Shown here: in pieces, positions 22,393-30,872 of the stretch
Layout of the letters: every line of letters starts with the position of its first letter
Numbering within the stretch: the stretch's first letter is position 1
Source of the DNA: Candidatus Saccharimonadota bacterium
Lineage (GTDB): Bacteria > Patescibacteriota > Gracilibacteria > BD1-5 > UBA2023
Assembly (NCBI GenBank): GCA_963706795.1
Contig: OY970170.1
Location: 60,001-92,000, forward strand
Length of the DNA: 32,000 bases
Direction of reading: 5' to 3'
Notes under the pieces: model-generated
Told to the model about the DNA's origin: nothing
Seen by the model: the letters and a program-made list of their open reading frames with translations, nothing else
Database searches by the model: none
Made by a program: the position numbers and the translations under genes

Positions 22393-22839
22393 TGGTGGAG
22401 ATGACGGGAATCGCACCCGTGTCCAGTGGGTCGCATCAGGCATATCTACTTCTATAGGCGACTTCGATTACGCACGAACGATAGGAAGGGCCGAAGAGCC
22501 GAGCGCGCGTATAGTTTTATGGTCAAATCAGATCCGAAAACCATAACAAATGGATCTGACACGAGACGGTGATAAGACATAGGTACCCATCCAAATCCCT
22601 ATGAATTTTCGCCAAGACCAGCTGGTCGGGCTCCGTTAGAAACGGAGGGCGAGTGTTGAAGCTAAATTAAATTAGGCAGCAACGTACGCAGGTGTCATTG
22701 CATTCTTGAATGCAGCGAGTCCGCGAGCAACACGAGTGTTTGCAGTTGTTTTTGTTCGTGGTGTTTGCGGCGGTCACGAACACCCGCCGAGAAGCATGCA
22801 AGACGAGAAAATCCCACTGTAGAATTCTATATCATCCCC
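22393..22839 (-). ncRNA. ssrA: tmRNA (transfer-messenger RNA), about 447 nt
   Basis: On the minus strand the 5' GGGGATG pairs with the 3' CATCTCC-A-CCA, including the G3:U70 wobble that is the AlaRS identity element. The T-arm is ACGGG-TGCGATT-CCCGT and CCA is encoded. An internal tag frame GCA AAC ACT ... GCT GCC TAA (22743-22672) gives ANTRVARGLAAFKNAMTPAYVAA*. Confidence 0.88.
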
Positions 22840-22911
22840 ACTCGCCAGAGTGTAGTAAAAATCATCAAAAAATCAATTGCGAAAGCCTATCTTATCGAGT
22901 ACGCTACCGCC

Positions 22912-23775
22912 ATGAAATTTTCTCGGATTTTCGCTCTCGTCCTGGCGCTCGCTCTTCCTGTAGCGGCATTTGCAAAAACTACTATTCAAATCTCCCCTTC
23001 CCTGCCGGCTGGTCGATATGACCATCCGATCTATGTGGGACTTACTGCATCTGATCCTGCAGCACAGATCTGGTATACGTGTAAGCGTAATGGAACGCCT
23101 TCGGATCTACTCAAATATGAGAAGCCGATTTTGCTCTCTAAATCATGCGCGCTGATATATTTTGGATATGTCACCACCGAGCAAGAATCCAAGATCGAAC
23201 GCTCGGATTACACGATTTTTTATTCTGACGCAATTAGACTCGAGACAAATGCTGATATTTTGTCGCTTCATAATATTGGTACAGGAACCGTGGATGTTGG
23301 GGGTTGGGGTGTAATTGCGGGTACTGGGTCGGTGACAATACCGGCAGGAACGAGTATTTTGCCATGAGAGCATTATTCTCTCGGAAAGGTTTCGCCAAAT
23401 TCGTATGCACTCACAAGTCCTGAAGGATATGTCAAAAACGAAGTAGCAATCACTTTCGCAAAGCCAAAAATCCTCGCGGAGAGTGTCTCGAAAAAGTCTG
23501 CAAATCTCGCGCCTAGGCCCACTGCCAAAACAACAGATACCAAGCCAACTCCCCCACCAGCAAATCTCGTAGATACGAGCACTGGCAATATCGTACCTCA
23601 AAATATTGCTACGACGGCTACAGGTCCAGCGCCAACGCCAAAAACAACAAGTACTACCGATAGCCTCAAGGCCTCTTCTCTCGAATCAAAAAATACAAAT
23701 ACCACACTCCCGATCGTTATTATTGGAGTGCTCGTGGTTGGTGGTATTGGATTTCAACTTTTAAGGAAGAAATAA
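22912..23775 (+). CDS. Secreted, C-terminally anchored surface protein with CHB_HEX_C-like and lamin-tail (LTD) domains (287 aa)
   Basis: Signal peptide MKFSRIFALVLALALPVAAFAKTT. PAGRYDHPIYVGLTASDPAAQIWYTCKRNGTPSD fits the chitobiase/hexosaminidase C-terminal domain pattern. LSLHNIGTGTVDVGGWGVIAGTGSVTIPAGTSILP-TGA-EHYSL fits the LTD pattern. A Pro/Thr-rich linker follows, then the TM tail LPIVIIGVLVVGGIGFQLLRKK. Ends in TAA at 23773-23775. Confidence 0.75.
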
Positions 23776-23827
23776 AAATCACTCGGTTTTTTGCCAATGG
23801 AAGCGGCTTCTGCTATGCTTGGAATAT

Positions 23828-26800
23828 ATGGCCGATCCAAAAGAACAAGCCCCTGCTCAAGCCAAAGCAGCTGCCCCAAAAAACGAACTTATCAATTTTA
23901 AAGAACTCATCGCCTGATCCGATGGGGATAGTTCTGTGTCTGATAAAGAGGCAGTCGTAATTGCATGCTTTGATAATGATAAATTTATACAGCTCTCACC
24001 CGAGCAAAAAGCACGATGGGTAAAGGAAATGGTTCTTATTCTCAAAAACTTCCATATTGAGAAGCGTGAAATTCAGGCCTTTTGTGATATTGCTCGCAAG
24101 CAGATCAAAAACGAGCTCAGCCAGGGAAGCGAATTTATAAACGATCTGACGGACAAGATGGGTCGAAGCCACTGCGTTACTCTCAAAAATACAGATTATT
24201 TTCCAACGAAGGCGGACGATATTCAGCGAGTTGCGGGATATTTTCGTCATATTTATAGCGATCCAGATCAGCGCGAAAAATATGGGAATTACCTCCAAAA
24301 TAATCCTTCTGAAAAAGAAAAGTTTCTGAAGTATTGGGCAGATGCAGACAATCTCACGCGCTATTATCTCAAGGCAAACAAAGAGCCTCAGATCATCGAT
24401 AATATCAACGCATTTGCAGCCGGTCTTCAGGCTCAAAAAACAGTCGCCAAATCCAAAGAAAAAACCGAGATAAATCCTAAAGAAGTCGTAAACAAGGCTT
24501 CAGAACTCATACCAAGCGCAGAGTGAGTGAGTCTCTTGAGTAAACATCTCTCGGTGGATTCGAATGTGCATCTTGCACTCGTTGAGAAGCTCTCAAACAA
24601 CCCAAATCTCATCTCAAAATATCTCACGCACTTTGCAGCAAATGGGAAGGCTCGTGATATCATGCTCGCCGAAACACGTGGCAATGTCGCGCTTGCTTCA
24701 CTCGAATCTGCGATCTGGAAATCGCTTGCGAACTATGGAGTCATCGCACCAAAAAATCTCGGACTGAGTGGCATTGATGCGAAGGGAACGATGATCTTGA
24801 TGTCCAAAAATATCATCCAACGACATTTTAATCTCGGAGAAAAAGTTCCACATCTCGAATTTGCCTTTGCGAAGCTTCGGGCCGTACATGGCAATTTTGC
24901 GACAAATGAAGATGCAAAGAAGGCGATCATCGAAACTTTTGGTGGTAATGCCGAACAATTCAGCAAAAACACCAAGCTTCAAGCCGAGATTCTTGCGGTT
25001 CGTGGTGTACCGTCGGTTGAGCCAATTCAATCATATATTGAAGAACTCCACCGAGGTAAAAAAGACCTCCATCGCACTATCCAAACAGGTGATGCTGGAG
25101 CGATCAAAAAGATCCTCGATGGACAAGATATAGACACGGCGCGCATCGCTGCACTCACAACACCATACGATCTTGAGACGAATCGTATCTCCGTTGCACG
25201 TAGCAAGGAAGCAGGTGGAGGATTTGTTTATCAGAGTGAATTCGCCTATATCTCAGAAGTTCGCAAGCAGTCCTTCCGCGAAATCAACCTCGTCAACCTT
25301 GAGCACTACATTGCCTTTGTGAAGGCAAAAGGTCAGAATGTCGACACGGCGCTTATGCACCTCGTGGGAGTTTCGGATTCGACGGTGTGAGGCATTGCAA
25401 AGCTCGCGGCTCTCGGGAACCAGATTGGCGTGGACGTAATAACCGGCACAAATACACCAAGTGATCGCAAAGAACTTCAGGGGCTATTTAAGACACATTT
25501 GCTTCCGCATTTTAAACCGCTCGTTGAGCAATTGCAGATCAATGCGATGGGGAGTGAGCTCGTAAAAATTATTGGGAAGGTTACGGGAACACCACTTCCA
25601 GCTCAGACTGAACGTGCGATTATTGCAGCACTCGAATCCAAAAATGGTCTCCGCCGTACGAATTCCGAATACGTAAAGATCATCCTCGAAAATGTATCTG
25701 ATGAATGACATCGAGCACAGATTTTGAGAGAATTAGCGCATTCTCGCACATCTCTCGATGTTGCAACTGCGCCGGCCTGAGTCAAAAATGCAAACAAAAA
25801 TCTCTCACCAGAGATGACAAAAGCACTCGAAGAAGCTAAACTCAAAACCAAAGGAAAGGCCTTTGAAATCTTGAGTGCGGAGGATATAAAAATCCTCACT
25901 GAGATGACGCGGGATCCTAAAAAATACAACCTGAGTCCGACCGATCTTGCTGCGATCCAAAATCTCATCAAGCATTGGAAACTTCAGTCAAATCTTCGTA
26001 ATAATGCGAGTCTCGCGGCTTCTTCTGGAGCAATTGCCAAGGCAAAGACCACAAAAGACGGAGTCATGCTCGCGGATGCACTCGACCTGCGTACACAAAA
26101 CCAGATCGAAGCCGAAGGCGCAGCCAAGCGCCGCGCACAATTGACCGAAGGCATGACCGCCGCACAAATCCTAGAGCAGAGTGAAAAAAACAAGGATTTT
26201 AAAGCACGAATCACCGCTCTCGATAACGCTGAATCCCAAGCAAAAGCCTCTATCGAATGAATAGATCGCGAAACCAGCGGCGTGCTCCGAAGCGCTTCAC
26301 GATCAGAAACCGCGCAGCACACAATGCTCTTTGGTGGCTATGGCGCAGGGAGTTTTACAGAAGTCTCATACAGCTATGACAAGGGTTGGGAGAATACTAC
26401 CGAATCCGTGAGTGTCCGTCGCCGATGAATGACTCAAGATGCTGATACGCCAGACAAAAGATCTGCGGCCGCAAACGAAGAATGAACACGAGGAGTAAGA
26501 TGAATGTCTGGAACTCCAACATTTGTCAGTCTCGATACAGCCGAAAGCCGCGACTTCCGTAAGCCTATTTCGCTTGATCCAGATGGACACTTCGTACTTA
26601 GGCAGTGAGCAAAGAGCGGGACGATATTTTTGCAGATTGATCAGAACGAACGTATCAGTATTCCAAAATCACAGGCCAATATCGCCCTCTCCCTCATCGA
26701 GATTGCTCAAAAGATCGGTGAAGTCGACATGATCCGCAATATCGGACCAATGATTGCACAGATGAGCGCGCACGGCATCTTTGCAAATCTAAAAGATGGC

Positions 26801-27037
26801 ATGTCCAATCGCGAGGAGCTCGATGTCATGAAATATCTCGTACAACTCTATGGCGTACAAGACGTCAATCTCGAGGCAACCGATCCGACAATGCTCGCAA
26901 ATTCGATTAAGCTCAACTCGCAGAAAAAAGAGAATTCGTTTTATGCTCAGGGACTCAAAAAATGAATCCTCGACAAGGACGGCAAGCTCAAGGTCGCCAA
27001 CCTCGAAAAGCAGATGCAGATGCTCAAACAAGCATAA
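23828..27037 (+). CDS. Large hypothetical protein (1069 aa, about 11 in-frame TGA=Gly), no domain recognised
   Basis: Five ORF-track pieces (23936.., 24527.., 25430.., 25814.., 26630..) share one frame (start coordinate mod 3 = 2). All gaps, translated by hand, contain TGA but no TAA or TAG. ATG at 23828, TAA at 27035-27037. I see no signal peptide or TM segment. The protein is Ala/Lys/Glu-rich and looks helical. Confidence 0.75.
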
Positions 27038-27040
27038 TTT

Positions 27041-27080
27041 AAAAAATAACTCAGATTCATCTAAATCTGAGTTATTTTTT
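27041..27080 (+). terminator. Intrinsic terminator after the 1069-aa ORF
   Basis: aaaaaataactcagatt-catcta-aatctgagttatttttt has a 17-bp perfect stem with an A-run/T-run. It starts 4 nt after the stop codon. Confidence 0.75.
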
Positions 27081-27125
27081 AAATTTTTGACCACGAAGCA
27101 CCACAAGTTTTATAAAAGTTTTTGG

Positions 27126-27152
27126 TTGACTTCTGCTCATTATGGCTAGAAT
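27126..27152 (+). promoter_or_regulatory. Putative rpoB promoter
   Basis: TTGACT (27126-27131), a 15-nt spacer, then TAGAAT (27147-27152), about 80 nt upstream of the rpoB ATG. The spacer is shorter than optimal, so this is tentative. Confidence 0.3.
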
Positions 27153-27230
27153 AACGCTCAGTTGTTCTCGCTTCCGATTGTGTTATGCCATGGCGAGGGC
27201 AGTTTTTTATGTATTTATTAAACCTGCTCT

Positions 27231-30200
27231 ATGGCTAAAAAGCAAGATTCTGTCTTGTCAAACTCAGAAGCACTCAAGCAATTGGGTGAAGTGTATGAGA
27301 TTGAAGGACGGTACTTCTTCACGGATGATCGATCCATCCTTGAACTCCCGAACCTCATCGAAGTTCAGCTTGATAGCTACCACGATTTTTTGCACAATCG
27401 TCTTGATAAGGCTTTCCGCGAAACTTTCCCTATTTCTGACTTCTCTGGCGAGAAGATTGAGATTCATTACAAGAGTCTTTTCCTCGACGAGCCAAAGTAC
27501 TCAGTAGGAGATGCTAAGCGCAAGAACCTCAATTTTGAAGCACCCCTCAAGGTTCGCCTCGAGATGCTCAACAAGGAGTCAGGTGAAATCAAAGAACAGG
27601 ATGTTTATATGGGTGGAGTTCCTCTCATGACTGAGAAGGGAACATTCGTAGTCAATGGTATCGAGCGTGTTATCATCAATCAGATCATCCGATCGACTGG
27701 TGTTTTCTTTGTTCCAGATCCAAAAAATCCTGGAGCATACGCGATGAAGATTATCCCACAAAAGGGTTCTTGGTTCGAAATCGAAATCGAGAAAAAGGGT
27801 ATCATCAACGTCAAGATCGACAAGAAGCGTAAAATTCCAGTTACGGTTCTTCTTCGTGCGTTTGGACTTGAGTCTGACAGCGATATCCTCGCGGCATTCA
27901 AGGGAGACAAGGACATGATTGCAAAGCATGTTGGACCAACTCTCGAAAAGGACAAGACAAAGACTCGTATGGAAGCTCTCTACGCGATCTACAAACTCCT
28001 TCGTCCAGGAGATCTCGGAACGGATGAACGTGTTATGGATCTCTTCCAGGCTACATTCTACGATGTAAAGAAATTTGAGCTCGGAGAAGTAGCTCGTCTC
28101 AAGATGGACCGCAAGACTGGAAAGAACACTCCATACGAAGGAGATGCTCGATTCCTCTCTTCTGATGATCTCGTTGACGGTCTTAAGTACCTCATGGGAC
28201 TTATGTTCGAGCTTCCAGGGCACACTTGGGATGACATCGACCACCTCGAAAACCGACGTGTTCGTTCGGTTGGCGAACTCGTTTATGACAAAGTAAAGGT
28301 TGGTCTTGCCCGCATGGAAAAGATCGCTAAGGATCGTATGACGATCGTTGAGCTTGCTGATGCTACCCCAGGTACATTCATCAACTCACGTCCGATTGTT
28401 GCCGTTCTCAAGGAATTCTTTGGAACGTCTCAACTCTCACAGTTCATGGATCAGAGTAATCCTCTCTCAGAACTTGCCCACAAGCGACGTATTACTGCTC
28501 TCGGAACCGGAGGTCTCACTCGTGAGCGTGCCAGCTTCGAAGTTCGTGACGTTCACCAAACACAGTACGGTCGAATCTGTCCGATCGCGACTCCAGAAGG
28601 ACCAAATATCGGTCTCGTACTCCACCTCGCAAACTTTGCTCGTATCGACAAGCATGGATTTATTACAACTCCATTCCGAAAGATCGGTCATACTGCAAAA
28701 AATGATGGTACTTCACCAATTGGTCGTATCACTCTTGATGACATCCTCGATGACAAGGGTAATGTAGTTGTTGCCGAAAAGACAAAGATGGACGCAACAC
28801 ACGCAAAACTCCTCAAGGACAAAGTCAGCGCAGCGGAAGTCGAAGTTCGTGGTTACCTCACTCTCGATTACGAGTATTTTGATGCGTACCAGGAGCGAGA
28901 ATTCGTTATTGCCGAAGCTAATGCCAAGGTCGATGACGAAGGAAACTTCGCCGAAACTCGTATCTCTGCACGTAAGAACTCTGAGCCTACTACCGAGTAC
29001 GTTCGTGAGATTACACATATGGACATCTCTCCAAAGCAGACGATGTCGGAGTCAACTTCACTCATCCCCTTCCTCGAACACGACGACGCGACACGTGCCG
29101 AAATGGGAACGAACATGATGCGACAGGCAGTTCCACTCGTACGAGCTGAGTCTCCAGTCGTTGGTACTGGTTCTGAGCGTATGATCGGAGAAGGATCTGG
29201 TTACGCCATCAAGGCAGAAGAAGACGGGGAAATCATCGGTGTCGATGCAAAGCATATCTCAGTTCTCTACAAGTCAGGAAAGAAGGCGCTCTACGAGCTC
29301 CGCACATTCGAGCGATCAAATCACGATATGATCGTCCACCAGAAACCACGTGTTTCGACTGGTGAAAAAATCGAAGCAGGAAAGATTCTCGCTGACGGTC
29401 AGTCAATCGACAATGGAGAACTCGCCCTCGGACGAAACCTCGTTGTAGCCTATATGCCTTGGGGTGGTTATAACTTTGAAGACGCGATCATTATCTCATC
29501 ACGTGTGATGGAAGAAGATCACTTCACGTCAGTCCACATCAACGAATACGTTATGGACGTTCGAGAAACAAAACTCGGACCTGAGCAGACAACAAACGAC
29601 ATCCCGAACGTTTCTTCTACAAAACTCAAGGATCTCGATATTGACGGTATTATCCGTGTTGGTGCCTACGTTCATGGTGGTGATATCCTCGTTGGTAAGG
29701 TTACTCCAAAGGGAGAAATCGAACTCTCTCCAGAAGAGCGTCTCCTTCGAGCGATTTTCGGAGATAAGTCTAAGGACGTAAAGGATTCCTCTCTCGTTAT
29801 GCCTTCTGGATCAGGAGGTAAGGTTATTGGAGTACACATCCTCCGCCGTGAAGACGGAGACAATCTCGCGACTGGAGTATTTAAGCAGGTGAAGGTCTAT
29901 GTTGCTCAGACTCGCAAGATCGAAGTCGGAGACAAGATGGCCGGACGTCACGGAAATAAGGGTATCGTTTCTCGCATCGCTGCGATCGAAGATATGCCAT
30001 TCCTCGAAGACGGAACACCAGTAGATATCATCCTCAATCCACTCGGAGTTATCTCACGTATGAATATCGGACAGATTCTCGAATCTCACCTCGGTATGGC
30101 AGCGCGCAAGCTCGGTATCAAGATCGCTACACCAATCCTCAATGGAGTTTCTGTTGAAAAGATCGGCGAACTCATGGACCTTGCAGGACTTCCAAACGAT

Positions 30201-30770
30201 GGAAAGGTTCAACTCTTCGACGGAAAGACGGGAGAACCATTCAAAGAAAAGACAATGGTCGGAGTGAAGTACATGCTCAAACTCCACCACCTCGTAGAAG
30301 ACAAGATCCACGCTCGTTCAGTTGGACCATACTCTATGGTTACACAGCAGCCACTCGGAGGTAAGGCACAGAATGGAGGACAGCGTCTCGGAGAAATGGA
30401 AGTATGGGCCCTCGAAGGTTACGGAGCGGCAAATATCCTCCAGGAAATGCTCACGATCAAGTCTGACGATATCAACGGACGTGCTCAGTCATACGAAGCG
30501 ATTGTCAAAGGAAAGCGAATCCGCCGACCAAATATGCCAGAATCATTCAACGTTCTATTACGTGAACTCCAGGCACTCAATCTCAAGATCGATCTTCTCG
30601 AAATCGATCAACTCCGTACAGAAGAAACCGCTCAGATCGAACGCTACATGGAGCTTGAGAAGCTCGAAGGACAATTCGATGTCGAAGTCGATATTCCAAG
30701 CGTCGAAGCAGAGAAGACAGAAGGTGAAGGTCAAGAAAAAGTAGTGACCACTGATGAAGAAACCGAGTAG
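27231..30770 (+). CDS. rpoB: DNA-directed RNA polymerase subunit beta (1179 aa)
   Basis: An intact ORF in the track with classic rpoB blocks: FMDQSNPLSELAHKRRITALG, GRHGNKGIVSRI, NPLGVISRMNIGQILE and GGQRLGEMEVWALEGYGAA. Ends in TAG. It contains no in-frame TGA. Confidence 0.98.
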   Translation: MAKKQDSVLSNSEALKQLGEVYEIEGRYFFTDDRSILELPNLIEVQLDSYHDFLHNRLDKAFRETFPISDFSGEKIEIHYKSLFLDEPKYSVGDAKRKNLNFEAPLKVRLEMLNKESGEIKEQDVYMGGVPLMTEKGTFVVNGIERVIINQIIRSTGVFFVPDPKNPGAYAMKIIPQKGSWFEIEIEKKGIINVKIDKKRKIPVTVLLRAFGLESDSDILAAFKGDKDMIAKHVGPTLEKDKTKTRMEALYAIYKLLRPGDLGTDERVMDLFQATFYDVKKFELGEVARLKMDRKTGKNTPYEGDARFLSSDDLVDGLKYLMGLMFELPGHTWDDIDHLENRRVRSVGELVYDKVKVGLARMEKIAKDRMTIVELADATPGTFINSRPIVAVLKEFFGTSQLSQFMDQSNPLSELAHKRRITALGTGGLTRERASFEVRDVHQTQYGRICPIATPEGPNIGLVLHLANFARIDKHGFITTPFRKIGHTAKNDGTSPIGRITLDDILDDKGNVVVAEKTKMDATHAKLLKDKVSAAEVEVRGYLTLDYEYFDAYQEREFVIAEANAKVDDEGNFAETRISARKNSEPTTEYVREITHMDISPKQTMSESTSLIPFLEHDDATRAEMGTNMMRQAVPLVRAESPVVGTGSERMIGEGSGYAIKAEEDGEIIGVDAKHISVLYKSGKKALYELRTFERSNHDMIVHQKPRVSTGEKIEAGKILADGQSIDNGELALGRNLVVAYMPWGGYNFEDAIIISSRVMEEDHFTSVHINEYVMDVRETKLGPEQTTNDIPNVSSTKLKDLDIDGIIRVGAYVHGGDILVGKVTPKGEIELSPEERLLRAIFGDKSKDVKDSSLVMPSGSGGKVIGVHILRREDGDNLATGVFKQVKVYVAQTRKIEVGDKMAGRHGNKGIVSRIAAIEDMPFLEDGTPVDIILNPLGVISRMNIGQILESHLGMAARKLGIKIATPILNGVSVEKIGELMDLAGLPNDGKVQLFDGKTGEPFKEKTMVGVKYMLKLHHLVEDKIHARSVGPYSMVTQQPLGGKAQNGGQRLGEMEVWALEGYGAANILQEMLTIKSDDINGRAQSYEAIVKGKRIRRPNMPESFNVLLRELQALNLKIDLLEIDQLRTEETAQIERYMELEKLEGQFDVEVDIPSVEAEKTEGEGQEKVVTTDEETE

Positions 30771-30872
30771 TCCTACTCATTATTCCCACCAGCATCCAAA
30801 CGGTCTCCGGATCGTTTGGGCACACGGGAACCGAAGTCCAGCACTTCCCTTCCAATCCATAATTCTCCCAAT

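Noticed and set aside
22710-22911. N-terminal extensions of the surface-protein ORF (track ORFs starting at 22710 and 22765)
   Set aside because: These extensions lie on top of the tmRNA gene on the opposite strand. The ATG at 22912 is followed immediately by a textbook signal peptide.
1-27100. Apparent large-scale pseudogenisation: dozens of 60-150-aa ORF fragments in the standard-code track
   Set aside because: Fragments of each gene share one frame, are separated only by TGA, and rejoin into full-length proteins with intact motifs. This is a genetic-code artefact, not gene decay. The quinone oxidoreductase is the one exception, and it has a real frame change.
27579-28244. A 221-aa minus-strand ORF, plus several other 60-140-aa ORFs on both strands, inside rpoB
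   Set aside because: These are antisense or out-of-frame shadow ORFs within an unambiguous rpoB coding region. They have no recognisable motifs.
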